Assembly: GCA_951406725.2 (NCBI GenBank)
Contig: OX597815.1
Coordinates: 136,462,001 to 136,526,000, forward strand
Origin: Octopus vulgaris
Taxonomy: Eukaryota
Reading direction: 5' to 3'
Length of the DNA stretch: 64,000 nucleotides
Made by a program: the position numbers and the translations under genes. This document shows, piece after piece, positions 13,361 through 29,189 of the stretch (position 1 is its first letter; each line of letters starts with the position of its first letter). The notes beneath the pieces are model-generated. The model saw only the letters and a program-made list of their open reading frames with translations, searched no databases and was not told where the DNA came from.

Positions 13361-14168
13361 CTTCGTCTTTTGTTTTTTTTTGTAAACTCTCCTTATATAC
13401 ATATATGTATGTATATATATTTATATATATATATAAATACATAACTGCATACAATACATACAAATATATATATATAATTGGTGATGTATATATATTTATA
13501 TATATATATATAAATACATACCTACATACAATACATACAAATATATATATATATAATTGGTGATGTATATATATTTATATGTATGTATTTATATGTATAT
13601 TTATCCATAGATATATATGTATGTATATATACACGCATACAAACATATACACACACATGCATACTTAAATGTATGTGCGCGTGATTTTACATTTGTAAGC
13701 ATGCGTGTATATGTTAATGTTATTACAAGTGTGTGTGTATAAATATTTATGCATATTGTTTTTAATATGTCTACGAATCATTTACGATTTGTATATCTAC
13801 ATTCTTATATACGAATTCAGTAAAATAATCTATAGTAGGAAATTTTAAGCTTGTATTTTTGTAGGTGAACTTTGTCTTTCATATGAAAACAGTCGATAAA
13901 GTAAACGAATACAATTCCATTGAGGAATTGGAGTGAATCTTATTCAGCCCCTACAAACACAGACACACAGCATACACTCATCCCTCGAGCGCACACACTC
14001 AAATACACGCGCGCGCACTTAATTTGGAACTTTCTCTTGTAGAAATTAAGATTAATGTATTGTATCCCAAACCAATGTGTGTGTGTGTGTGTGCATGTGT
14101 GTGTATACATATGTATACATACATACGTACATACACACATACATACTAACATGCATACCTTTAACATG

Positions 14169-14206
<38 letters not shown>

Positions 14207-14270
14207 AACACATACGTCCATATATACATGCATACCCGTTACTTAGATATATAAACACACACACACATAC

Positions 14271-14426
<156 letters not shown>

Positions 14427-14450
14427 TTTGATTCTTTAGAACTATTAAAT

Positions 14451-14640
14451 TGTTTCAGTCATTTTACTGTTGCCATGCTGGAGCACTGCCTTTACTCTAG
14501 TAAATCGACCCCAGAACTTATTCTTTGTAAGCTAGTACTTATTTTATCATCGCTTTTGCCGAAAGGCTAAGTTATGGGGGCGTAAACACACTAGCATCGG
14601 TTGTCAAACGATGTGGGTGTGACAAATACAAGCACACAAA
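14451..14640 (-). mobile_element. OR-type SINE, 3' half
   Basis: Tail and middle match the family. Confidence 0.8.
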
Positions 14641-14671
14641 CATTTGCACATACATACATATACATATACAT

Positions 14672-14720
<49 letters not shown>

Positions 14721-15718
14721 CATACATACATACATACATACATACATACATACATACATACATACATACATACATACATACATACATACAAACATACATG
14801 CATATATATGTACATATATATTTGTGACGAATACTGACGAAAAATCGTGATTTTCCAGAAAAGACAATTTCTGGAATTGAACGATTTTATTTCAATATTC
14901 ATCACGACTGTCCGACGAACGGGAACGTGAGACTATGAGTAACAGTTTTGAGAAAATGTTGCAGCTTTTACTCTAGTTGAAACGTTGAACTCTGCACAAC
15001 GTTGAACACATATTTCTCTCAGTATTTTCATTTTCTTTCCCTTTTCCTCTTAATCTTCGAAAGTAAAGGACTTTTCTATTCTTGCTGAGCGATAAAACAG
15101 TTTGTTGTTCTTACACCTGTCTTCGCCTTTTGTTTTCTATAAAGTTGACCTATATATGTGCGTGTGAGTGTGTGTGCACGTACATGTGTGTATGTACGTA
15201 TGTACGTATGTATGTGTATATATGTATGTATGTATTTACACATACATATTTGTGTTGCGCAGTTAACCTCACTGGGGAGAAATAAACGAGCCAGGGTCTC
15301 GGCGAAGTCATGGCGAGCAGCATGGGGGATATGAATCTGGGCGTGTTGTTCTTCATTCAACGCATGACCTTTATTTAACGAAATTGCAAGTCTTGGCATG
15401 AGAGCTTCTGAAGCCAAGAGTCGGCGTGGTGTCAACCAATCCAGTTAGGGGATTACTGGCAAATTTTTCAACTCACTTTAGCTGTGTGAAAACACTATAG
15501 AGTTTAAAATGTCATAGTCATCAAATGAATTTGGATGACTAGTAATATTAATAGTAATAATATACATACCATTAATTATATTTTGATTGTTACCTCGTGC
15601 CTTAAAATACAAGTAAATTACATGCGTGTGTGTGTGCGTTTGAGTGTGTGTGCTTGCGTGTGTGTGTGCGCATGTGTGTAAGTGTATATGTATATAAATA
15701 TATATATACATACACTGT

Positions 15719-16084
15719 CGTGGCTGTGTGATAAGAAGCTTGTTTCCCAACCACACGATTCTGAGTTCAGTCCCACTGCGAGGTACCTTGGACAAGTGCC
15801 TTCTACAATAGCCTCGGGCTGATCAAGATCTTGTGAGTGGATTTGGTATACGGAAACTTAAAGAAGCCCATCGTATGTATGTATGTTCTGAATCAGTGTT
15901 TGTCCCCCCACCAACGCTTGACAACCGTTGTTGGTGTGTTTACTTCACCGTAACTTAGCAGTTCGGCAAAATACCCGATAGAAAAAGTACTAGGCTTACA
16001 AAGAATAAGTCTTGACGTCGTTTTGTTCGATTAGAGGTGGTGCTCTAGCATGGATGCAGTCAATTAAATGAAACAAGTAAAAGA
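15719..16084 (+). mobile_element. OR-type tRNA-SINE
   Basis: Head, CORE-like segment and tail match 12084. Confidence 0.85.
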
Positions 16085-16139
16085 TATATATATTTACTAT
16101 AGATTAGTTGTTAAAATCATAGAACAATAAAAATTCTTC

Positions 16140-16370
16140 CAAGTTTAGGCACAAAGTCAGATTTCCTTCTTTTTTCTCGGTAGGAAAGATTTCGGTAGTC
16201 GATTGATTCGTTGTACGTGTTGGTAGATGACTGGTACTTATCTTACCGACCCCGAAAAGATGAAAGGTATAGTCAAACTCGGTGGCATTTGGACTCAGAG
16301 CATAAATAGCTGAAAGAAATGCCCCTAAGCATTTTTTCTGACTGGCTACCAGTTCACACAGCTCTTCATC
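16140..16370 (-). mobile_element. OK-type SINE, diverged
   Basis: ctggtacttatcttaccgaccccgaaaagatgaaagg matches the reverse complement of the OK core. Confidence 0.75.
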
Positions 16371-16399
16371 TTAATAATCTTCCCTTACGAAACAGGTTA

Positions 16400-17290
16400 C
16401 GTAGTCCAATTCCACACATTCTTTCTAAGTGTTTCTGTCTTCCATGACATGCTTGTAGTCATTAGTAACTTGATCAATGTAAGTCCTTCTTGATCAATGT
16501 AAGTCCTTCTGGGTCGTCTGAAATGAGAATTCTCATAGCTCGGGATCCACGGAAGGAACTCACCCAGCAATTCAGCTTTGCTGCGATGGCACTGACAGCA
16601 TGTCTCGTCCTCCGCTCTCGAATGATTTATAATATTGTGGGTATATTTCCACCAAGTTCTTCTTTCGATGGATGTTTTTGCCGTGATTTGTTGAAAACAA
16701 CACGCAAAATGTATGCTTATGTCAAGATGAACTGATTCTACTAGCTCAGAAAAATTCCCTTTTCATCCGACAAGGCAAAGTATGGTTCTATATTATTCTC
16801 AATTTGTTCAGTCCTTTTCTTTCTTCTTCTACGCCGACCTATTCACCCTTTTTGCTCAACGAGATATCACATCCAAGATAGTAGAACGTTCAACTTTCTT
16901 TAGAGTTGTACCGCTCAGCGACTTGATCTGGCCGTTTCAGTTAAAAAAAAAAAAAGGAATTCAGTCTTCCCAACATTCACAAATGTCCGATCCCCGAAGT
17001 TGCTTTTTTTGTTGCATGTACTATTTTTCAGCATCTCACATTTTGGCAGCAAATTGCACAAAGTTGTCCGCATTATCAACCCCTACGATCTTTTTGACTG
17101 GTTACCTCTTGCTATTACCGTTTTGAAGAGTAAAATCAATGTTACTGTGAAGATTTGTATAGTCAGTTCGCTCTCGGATACATGCAATCCAGTGCAACCT
17201 CTCATATGGTCAGGTTGTCGGAAACTACACCGGCAAACCTGCAAGTCGAAAAATAAAATATGTTGAAGAGCGGAGGATCTCATGAAAGTC
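16400..17290 (-). pseudogene. Decayed RTE-clade LINE (RT core to C-terminus)
   Basis: Minus-strand pieces DFTLQNGNSKR*PVKKIVGVDNADN (decayed YADD), ILRVVFNKSRQKHPSKEELGGNIP, RPRRTYIDQ, MEDR; 20-bp tandem duplication at 16470-16509. Confidence 0.75.
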
Positions 17291-17354
17291 AACGGTTAAC
17301 CAAAAATTCATACACGAGTATACATCATGTGTCCGTTTGTGCGTATGTGTGAAT

Positions 17355-19160
<1,806 letters not shown>

Positions 19161-19239
19161 TATATACATATATATCTTATATTTTTTAATAAATATATAT
19201 TTTATATTTTTGAACACACACTCACACACATATATATAG

Positions 19240-20264
19240 TCTATAGAATCATAGTATGTGTATGTATATTGTCTAACGCATACATTTCCACAATTCTCAA
19301 CCGATTTTCACCAAACTTTACACACCCATTGCTTATGTCCAAAGGGTAGTCATTCACTATAAGATTTTGCTCAGAGCTCCCGCGTAAATGGACAAACTGG
19401 GAAAAGGGTGGTTTACACGGGTTTTTCTCTAATTCGTTATAAGTCCATAGTTTTTTGTATGCAGGGACTTCCATATGTTTTTAATCTATATGGTCGTATA
19501 TTGGTATTAGAGAATATTTTTAGTGATTTTCTCTTTTTAATATATCATTTATCCATATGTTGTCATTGTATATTATTTCTTATAATACTTCTATTGTTTG
19601 AGTTTTGGTTAGAGAATATTATAAAAGAGGAAGGATTTTGTCTATTTATTTATTTCGACTGTCTACCAGCGACGATACTTAAATTGACTAGGAACACTGT
19701 ACGCGATGAATATCCAATACCAAACAATCGTAATCTCCATATTTAAACTGCTGTCAACTTCGGCCAGCTTACATTTACTTACACTGAGTTACTTCAAAGG
19801 TGATGTTCCCTTAGCTCTCTTCTATTTGCTGATACCTTTGCTTACCTACCAGTTCGTTGTTTCCCTTTAATAATAATTATTTACCCATCCATTATGATAT
19901 TTCGACTGTTGTCCATTGTTTCAAATACGTTTTAACATTGTCGCTCTAGCCTTTTTAAAGAATCCCAACAAATTCCGCTTTCATGTAAAACAACTATATT
20001 TTGTAGTATTTATCTGTGAAATACTCCGAAAATACTTCAGTAGTTCTACATTGCATCGCTTGCAAACTTATATGTTCTATGATCATTAAAGTGAAACGGC
20101 CTCCACAATAGCCAGCCTTCAATTTGGTGGTCCGTTCCTAGGTTAATCGGAAACATAAATTGCCATGCTACTCATAAACATTCTCAGCAGTTCAATTATT
20201 TGGTAAAAAAAAGTACGATCAAAGCAGCTTAAATCGTCCAAAGGACGGGTGCGTTTTCTAATAG
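19240..20264 (+). mobile_element. Non-autonomous Helitron, copy 1 of a tandem pair
   Basis: 5' TC; 3' hairpin cgtccaaaggacg then ctaatag; 5' ~420 bp similar to the next copy. Confidence 0.7.
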
Positions 20265-20818
20265 TATATATGAAACACAGTATGTGTGTATAATGACTAC
20301 ATTTCCACATTTCTCAACCGATTTTCACCAAACTTTACGCACACATTACTTATGTCCTAAGGATGGTCATGCACTATAGTATTTTGCCCAGAGCGAAAAT
20401 GGACAAACTGGGTAAGTGTTGGTTTGCACGCGTTTTTCTCTAATTCGTGGTATGTACATAGTTTTTTTAGTATTTAGGTTCTTCCATACCTTTTTAATCT
20501 ATTAAGTCGTATATTGGCATCAGAGGATATTTGTAGTGCTTTTTTACATTTTTATTCATTATTTATTTATATGTTGTAATTGTGTATTGTTACTTTCTAT
20601 ATTTTTTATATGTGTATTGATGTATATTATTTGAGGGTTTGAGTTAAAGAATATTATAAAAGTGAAAGGATTGTGCTAATTTAGTTATTTCGACTACCCT
20701 TTTAAAATCTATATGGATGTATATTTGCATTACAGAATACTTTTTAGTTGTTTTCACATTTTTATTATTTATTATTATTTATATATTGAACCGCCCAAAG
20801 GACGGATGCGCCTGCTAG
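20265..20818 (+). mobile_element. Non-autonomous Helitron, copy 2 of a tandem pair
   Basis: Shares ctcaaccgattttcaccaaacttta with copy 1; ends ccgcccaaaggacgg...CTAG|T. Confidence 0.75.
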
Positions 20819-20949
20819 TATATATATATATATATATCTATTTATACATCACAACTGTTCAACGAACGGGAACGTGAAACTCAAGTCATATTTAGTGACA
20901 ATTAAATTTTTTGCATATATATATATATACATGCATACATACATACACA

Positions 20950-21900
20950 CAGATACGACAGAAGTAAATAGACACCATTATAATCATTAAACTTTATTTA
21001 AAATTTGAAATTATACATTACATTCATATTATTCATTAATTCTTATAATGTGGATATTTGATATTTAGTCTACATGCCCTTTGGACTTTTCAATGGCAGG
21101 ACCCTATTAGTCATATTACTGATTATACGACTTGCATTCTTTTGTGAAATTTCGTGCCAAATTTCATGCAGTAATCTCTAAAGTTCTGGTTTTGAAGATG
21201 CCTTCTTGTTCTTTTAATGAAGTGTCCTGTCCATTATGTCCCATTATGTTCAATATGCTTCATATCTGGTGACTGACTTGGCCATGGAAGATTTTTTAAT
21301 ACCATGCTCATCCAACTGAAGAAGACTGGAAGAAGTCTTTTCAGCTGTATGGAAACATATTTATCTGAGTTTATGTTTCCCTCACACTCCACCAGCTCTG
21401 ATCAACCATTGCTCCAAATTATTGTTGGCTGTAATCTTTTCACATCAAATTCTTGATCACAGCGTTTCCAGACCCATACTCCACCACTGTCAGGAAATAC
21501 AGCGAATATGAACTCATCAGAGGATATGGCAGTGTCCCAAAATGCTAACGGCCTTTCCACCATCTCACTGGCTCAATCTTTTCTCCACTTGATGTTGGCT
21601 GGTAGAAGTTGCTTCCTTTTTGCTGCTCTGCCATAGTAACCAAGTTTGTAGAGATACCTGACAGCTGTTCTGGGACTGACATCAACTTGTGCTATGTCAG
21701 AAATAGCATTACCCAATGGAGAAAGAAAAGTCGGTCTCAGAGGAATCATAACATAACTACTGAAGAGTATTTGAACAAGACGATCTAGAATGAAAAAGGG
21801 AGAGTACAAAAGACCCAAATTGATAGCTTGGCTAAATTTCTGAATGCAAATTTTAATCCCCGAAACCTTGTGTGCGTCAACACCGGGCTATGGCTGTTGT
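20950..21900 (-). pseudogene. Tc1-family transposase remnant
   Basis: VSPRTAVRYLYKLGYYGRAAKRK, FWDTAISSDEF (first catalytic D), LPWPSQSPDMKHIEH (WPSQSPDLNPIE motif); stops and frameshifts. Confidence 0.9.
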
Positions 21901-22222
21901 TCACTATTGTACACCCATACTTGTTTAGAGAAAATTGAGGGAATGAACAAATATACAGGAAATTTCCGTCGCAAACTGAAATTCCTCCATGCAAGTTCTT
22001 GTATACAGACTGAAAACACGGCGGCAAAGGCTCTTTTGAAATATTTGTCTATATTGTACCAGAAGAACGAACGCTGAAATTTTACGTGGTAAACAACAAC
22101 GAGGAATTTTTCAATATGTTACTAAAACAATTGGTTTTGAGGAGGAAATATTGAAGCCAAAGATCCATACAATGAAAAGATAGTTTAAGTCAGAGTGGAG
22201 AGTTGGAGGTCAATGGACTTAC

Positions 22223-22325
22223 CTGGAAATTTTGACCGATTATTCATGGACATTTTTAGGAAATGTAGAACTAAGTTGGGAAAGAGAAAGTTTCAACACC
22301 GTAAAGAAAGTTATCTACAACATAG
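22223..22325 (-). other. Candidate host-gene exon (5'UTR plus start, MSMNNRSKFP)
   Basis: Acceptor atttatcgctttcag, donor CAG|GTAAGT, aaaaATG at 22253; no homology evidence. Confidence 0.3.
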
Positions 22326-23229
22326 CTGAAAGCGATAAATGCTACGTTAAAAATAATTATTATCCAATAAATGATTAATATAGAACGTTTTAATAAAAAT
22401 TAATATTAATGGTGTTGTAGTGTTTTTAAATTAAATCTGAGATAACTATCTGTAGTTAATGATTAAATATACAAACTGTTAAAATGATTTCAGCAGTTTT
22501 TAAAGAATACAAATGCAATAAATATATAAATATACGGTAGCTGTATTATTATTTAATGAGGATTATTGAACCTTTAAATCAGGGATACTTCCAAAGAATG
22601 TTAAGTTAATGAATAAGAATTTCATTATTCTGCAGAAAATCGAGCAAAGAAAGAAATAATGCAGGAATTACGCTCGCTAATTTGATGAATAAAATGAACT
22701 GACAAGAAACGAAAAACAAGAAAACGAAAAACATTGTACAATACTTGCTTTCTGTACAACTGAATGAGGGAAAACATTTAACACATAAATCATGAATAAC
22801 GATTTCTAATCTCCTAAAATTTAAGAGAGATAACGAAATATGGAAAATAAAGATTGATATAGATTTAGATAAGCGTTCAAATAAGAGCATACTGAAATAC
22901 TATATGACAAGCAAGGATTAGCAGATAGGCTAAAATATCAGAGCCGTATATATGTAGCAGCTTATGTATAATATGTAGGAAGGCAAGGGTTGTACATAAT
23001 GGTGGAATTGCGTATTTATTACCGGCCTAAGTATTTTATACGTCTGCATGATTTTTAGGTCCTAACAATCTAGTGGAGGTAGAGGTACAAAACATTTTGT
23101 CCAAAATAGGAATCGTATCGAAGATTTTCTGACTTTCTGTCGTGCTGAGGTTGTATGATATTTTGTTCACAATCTGCTATTCCATTTCTTTCGGGTTTCT
23201 CATTTTGGATGCAATTATATAAAATTATT

Positions 23230-24003
23230 GGATATTTACCTTTTGACCGGCAGATTTAGAAAATGAATTTTTGCAACTAAACACTTTCAAACTTCATATA
23301 CTGGTAGAATGTGTCATATTAAATATATTTTACTCTTAGCGTTTTTAAGAAAAGTTTATATTTACGAAGTTATTTCGTTTTAAAGCTGTCGTATTTCGGT
23401 AATTTCAACCAATCAATGACGTGTATTCAGCTGAATAAAATTGCTGCTGTTGTTTGTCAACAACTGTCGGCGGTGTATATTTCGTTTGTCAATGTTATTT
23501 ATGACATATTTAATCTCAGTTACGTTCGTATGAATAAACGAGTGTGTCTGAAGCATGTTTATTTCATGGCACCTCCATAATTGTCCCTGCTTCATTTTTC
23601 CTTTTTTTCCGTGACTCTAACCCTAAAACCCCAACCTTAACCCTAAAACCCTAACCCTAACTCTAAAACCCTAGCCCTAATCCTAAAACCATAACCCTAA
23701 AACCTTAAAGCTAAAACCAGTACAAACGCACGAACGATGTCATAAATATCAGTGACAAACGAAATATACACCGTCGACAGTTGTTGACAAACAACGGCAG
23801 TAATGTTATTCAACTGAACACACGCCATTGATTGGTTGAAATTACAGAAATACAACAACTTTAAAACGAAATAACTTCGTAAATATAAACTTTTCTTTAA
23901 AACGCTAAGAGTAAAAGATATTTTATATGACACATACGAAGTTTGAAAGTGTTTAGTTACAAAAAAATATTTTCTAAATCTGCCGGTCAAAAGGTAAAGA
24001 TCC
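23230..24003. mobile_element. MITE with ~280-bp TIRs and 8-bp TSD (possibly Merlin-related)
   Basis: TIRs 23230-23507 / 23737-24003 starting GGAT(A/C)TTTACC; AAATTATT duplicated at 23222-23229 and 24004-24011. Confidence 0.9.
23615..23718. repeat. Telomere-like (CCCTAA/CCCTAAAA) array inside the MITE
   Basis: ctctaaccctaaaaccccaaccttaaccctaaaaccctaaccctaa... Confidence 0.85.
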
Positions 24004-25091
24004 AAATTATTTTGTAGCTGAAACATACACACGCTTAATGCAGTATTAGTTAGTCAATTGAATTTCTGAAGATGTAGATATGATACTTTAGAAAACGTTT
24101 GATGTGTTCGATCTCACCTCATTTTAGGCTTTTGACGAGTAGTCTCTCCACATGATATATTGGTATGCGATGTCTTTAAATAAGTACTGTGACTCCATGG
24201 AGAACAGTTCATGCTGGGACGACTATAATGTTCTTTTAAGCCATGGTATCATGTTTGCTTCGATACTGTGAAAATAGCAAAGTCCAAACGTGATGAACCG
24301 ATTTTAATAGCTGGTGGCTTTGCTAAATGTGAGAAAGTGGATTTTCAGAAATAAAAATAGATTCTGTAGATGCTACTGACAAGGTGCATTGTGTATTATA
24401 CCAAATTCCATTATTTTACTTATATCATATATACACTTGACATTGCACTTGACATATAGTATAGTATGAGTCATTAAAAAGTTGAAATTTTTTCGTTAGC
24501 CGTCGTTATAAAATTATGTTCGTAACTATTTTCCTAAAAATAGTTTTAGGGCAATGTAGTGCAGGGGAATGTAGCTGAAAGAATCGTTGTATCTGAGAAA
24601 GTAAACTATAAAAAATGTTTTTCGGTAATGTGACAAATTTTCTCAAAAATGACTTCAAATTTGTTCTCAATCTACATTTATTTCTGGATTATGACTATAC
24701 AATGTTTCCAGTTTATCATTTGTATATAGTCTGCCAGCGGTGAAAACAAATTTATTCACTAGCTATTACTTTCTTGTTCACCCTATGCCTTCTCATTTGC
24801 CCAATGATGATACTCAAATCTTAATAGAAGGAAACCTTAATAGAGATTTCAGCATTATCATCGAATCAGAGTTGCTTCTAGAGTAGTATGAAGTGCGCTG
24901 CGGTTAGATTGTTTGAAATAATGTTGATATCTTTTCTGAATAGCTGTTGAGTTGACAGAAGCTGCGTTCTAAAGAGCATAGAAATAAAACATTCCATCAT
25001 GATGTGTTTAGGCGTACTTTCTGCATCTTCAAAAGCGGTTCAGGATTGACCGGTACATTTTTGGCGAAATGTATTTTGTGTGTGTGTGTGT

Positions 25092-25154
<63 letters not shown>

Positions 25155-25199
25155 TAGAAAAAAAAATGGAAGTTGAAATTGCATAGAGAAAAGTTAAGA

Positions 25200-25890
25200 T
25201 GTTTTTTTGTTAATATATTTAAAGCTTTAGATGGTTTCACACTTCACACAGATTTTCAAAAGGTTCAAATAGGAAGACGTGGCTTACGTTGCAGCTGTCC
25301 TCTTTCTGACTAGTGTCTGAAGCTTGCCCAAATTTTATAGGAAGTTCATGGCTCAACTTAGTATACGTTTTGAATAGAATTGATTAGTAGAAGATAGTCA
25401 CATGACCGGTTTTAGAAATTTTTGTAGGTTCCCCGCTACGTCCGTATGTCTGTATCAAGTGACGTAGTTTGGCGTCATAATTTAAGGCTAACACAGCCGA
25501 TTGAACATGTTCTTTTGTACGTTTCCCGCTACGTCCGTGCGTTAGTGCCACGTGACAGTATATTTTGGGGCTAAAACGAAGGCCGACACGTTTGAGTAAA
25601 CATATTTACCTATAATCAATGCACTCCAAATTTAATCAATTCATCATGGTACAGGAGTCGTTTGTATGTAGTCCAGTGGCCAATGTTTGGGTTGTTAGCT
25701 GTGTAGGTTCCTCTTGTTAAGTGGCAGAATGAGTTTTGTGTGTGAAGAGTTATTTGTGCATGTCCTCTGTTAAAGATTTTTAAGTCTTGGCTTACACTTT
25801 TGTATGAAAGTATTTTCTTTGTTTATCCGTGCTTCATCTGTGGTATTCACTAAACATAGGTGCAGTGGGAAGACCTGGAATTTGGGGTAC
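25200..25890 (-). mobile_element. PLE 3' end (GIY-YIG C-terminus plus 3' UTR)
   Basis: Minus strand PKFQVFPLHLCLVNTTDEARINKENTFIQKCKPRLKNL*, typical of the end of a PLE endonuclease (R..KE..FI....P.LN). Confidence 0.65.
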
Positions 25891-26139
25891 ATATTTTTTG
25901 CATATATGTCTATGTAGAAGGTAATTTGAGCCATGAACTCCTTATAAAATTATCGCATGCTTTCTATTCGAACCTTTTGAAAATCAGTGTAAACTGTGAA
26001 ACGGTTAAAAATGTAAATATCTTTACAAAATATAGTAATTACAAATATTTTAACTATTCTCAGTGTATTTTCAACTTCTATTCTTCCTATACTTCTACTC
26101 GTGTGGAATAAAATATCTTTATATATACTTACATATATA

Positions 26140-26203
<64 letters not shown>

Positions 26204-26450
26204 CGGGATGGTCATTTTTCTTACCAAACAACACACGCACTATATATTTGTTCTTCACTCGTTTATTAGGGATCTTATTCTAATTGATGTCAATTGTCCG
26301 TACAATGGACATAACAGAATACGAGCAGTAATAAACGAGTGAAGAACAAATATATAGTGCGTGTTTATTTGACAAAAAATAACCATCTCGGCATACAGCA
26401 ATATCTGTTTCAACACACAGTTTTACATCAGGAGTCTTGCAAAATAAATT
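26204..26450. mobile_element. Second copy of the 5340-5626 palindromic element
   Basis: cacacgcactatatatttgttcttcactcgttt and its reverse complement flank a short spacer. Confidence 0.75.
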
Positions 26451-26529
26451 CATAAACTTATATGTGGGGGAACATGTATGTGTGTGGATGTGTGTGTATG
26501 TATTTATGTATGTAAATTAGTAAATGAGA

Positions 26530-26749
26530 ATGAGATGACAAAGGAATAAATGAGTATCTTATGAACTTCATTAACTTACATAGTTTAGTATCTAACACCT
26601 TATATCTTCATTAGCCGCAGCGAGAGACTCCCATAAATCTATAAGGTGTTACTCAAGCACTCGACCATGAGTTCGGGACATCTTATAGAAGAAATAGCTG
26701 TAAGCTAATGAAGTTCATAACAAAATGCTTTATTCTTTTGTCATCTCAT
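26530..26749. repeat. Foldback element with a hammerhead relic
   Basis: ~50-bp inverted arms 26530-26580 / 26699-26749; gaaatagctgta resembles GAAAC-agct-GTA. Confidence 0.6.
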
Positions 26750-27453
26750 AATATATTCGTGTGTATGTGTGTGTGTGTGTGGCTAGATATGTGTGTATGT
26801 AGATAGACAGATCGATAGATATGTCACTTCTCTTATTTATAGATACAAATTTGTGCTTATGCTAGCTTACTTTACATTCTCGTAATAAACTTACTTCAAT
26901 TACAGATATAGACAGAATAGAATATGTACTGCGGTAGATCGAAAATGTTCAGCTAAAATTTTCCAAGCAGTGCCTCAGAATTGCCACGTTCCAGCGATTA
27001 AATGCAGTAAATAAAATTATATATTAGTAATGTGTTTGTCTGTATATGCACGTGTGCACGTGTATATGTGTCTGTCTGTATGCGTGTATATGTGTACGTA
27101 AACAAAGAGAGAGAGACAGACTGACAGACAGACAGAGAGAAGGAAAGGGAGAGGGAGAGAAGCGATTATGGGAATGTGAGAAGCAAAAAGAGATAAATGA
27201 ATTTTTTTTTCCTTTTAGCTCATTTCCTCCTTATCTTTGTATTCGGGATTGCCAGAGCAGAATTATCGAAGTACGACGTAGCTCCGAGAAGCTGAATCCA
27301 CTGAGCTAGAAAACACTGAACCGTGAGATAGATTATTTAAATATGGCGGCGTGAAACCTTATATCAGAACGCTTTGATGATTTTTACCTTTGTACTAAGT
27401 GCCTGCAGCTAAAGAAATCTAAAGGAAAAATATTATACGCTATAATATACTGT

Positions 27454-27895
27454 AGGCACAGGGGTGGCGGTGTCTTAAGAAGTTTTTTTCCCAACTACAT
27501 GGCCCTGGATTAAGTTCCATTGAGTGGCACCATGGTCAAGTGTGTTTTACCATAGCCCCGGGCCGACCAAACCTGTGTGAGTGTATTCAGAAATTAAAAG
27601 CCCGTCCACCTCTCTCTCTTTCTTTCTCTCCCTCTCTGCATATGTGTGTGTGTGCGTGTGTGTGTGTGTGTGAATGTGTGTGTGTATGTATGCATGTGTG
27701 TGTGTGTTTATGCCTGTGTTAGTCCCACACCACTGATTCAAAATTCATGCTGGTGTGTTTACGTTCCCATAACTTGATGGTTGTGCAAAAGAACCAATAC
27801 ACTGAACTTAAAACTAGGTTTTGGGCTCGTTTTGTTCGATTAATTTAATTCAAGGCAGTGACGCAGCATAAAAAGTAAACAAGAAAGATAAATGA
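27454..27895 (+). mobile_element. OR-type SINE, diverged
   Basis: Family head, core and tail recognisable. Confidence 0.75.
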
Positions 27896-28166
27896 AAAAC
27901 AAGATTATAACCATGAAAAGTATTCTGCTAAAGAGGTATGATATTTTTCTCTCGCATAATCGTATTTATTCCATCAGTTTCGTGAACTGTATAATATAAA
28001 AATATTGACAGATTTCGAAACAAAGAGATAGTTAGCTATGAGCATTTATCACAAACATATTTAATAATATCTATCAGTTTGCATCAATGAATATAAATAT
28101 ATGAGTGTGAGAAATTACATTCACAACGCTCACTCACACAATATACAAACCCAAGCAGATACACAT

Positions 28167-28258
<92 letters not shown>

Positions 28259-28808
28259 TATGTGTTTAATTATGTACGCATGTATGTATGCAGGCATGTT
28301 TTTATGTGTGTATATATGTACGTATGTATGAACTAAATCTATTTTCTATCACAAAATATTATCAGATGAAAACATTTAAAAAGTGCTGTCATAGAGACCA
28401 AACTTCTAAAGAACGTTCTCGATAAGCATTTAACGACTTAAACAATATCCATTCAACTATATACACTTATCAATTATCAATAAAGAGAGGAAAAATAAAA
28501 TTCTCTACGCTCCATCACTCCATCATACACATATATCCATAAATGAAAAATAGAAAACTCCATAATTTAGATTTCTGAAAGGACATGGCAATAGGCATAT
28601 CATTTAAGACGAGACAGACATCAGCCTGATTTCAGATTAGATAGTTTTTTAGTATTCGATAGTATGGCAGCTTTCAAATCTTCTATTAGAGAAAAAATAG
28701 AACTTGGGATCTGTTATACTCATTCTGTGTGCATATATATCTATGTAGGTACGTGTGCATACATGTATGTACCTATGTATATATGTATGAATCTATCTAC
28801 CCATCTAG

Positions 28809-28873
<65 letters not shown>

Positions 28874-28925
28874 CATCTATCTATCTATCAATATGTCTGT
28901 CTGTCTATATTTATATCTATTTATA

Positions 28926-28964
<39 letters not shown>

Positions 28965-29022
28965 GCACACATATATATATATACATATATACACACATAC
29001 ATATATATATATATACACATAC

Positions 29023-29093
<71 letters not shown>

Positions 29094-29121
29094 TGTATGC
29101 ATGCATGTATGTATATGTATG

Positions 29122-29158
<37 letters not shown>

Positions 29159-29189
29159 CTAGCAATAATATTAACAGCAATCATAATAA

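Noticed and set aside
23615-23718. True telomere or chromosome-fusion site
   Set aside because: The array is degenerate and lies inside a TIR element with an exact TSD
27335-27355. aaatatggcggcg YY1-like or start motif
   Set aside because: Immediately followed by a stop codon; no other promoter evidence
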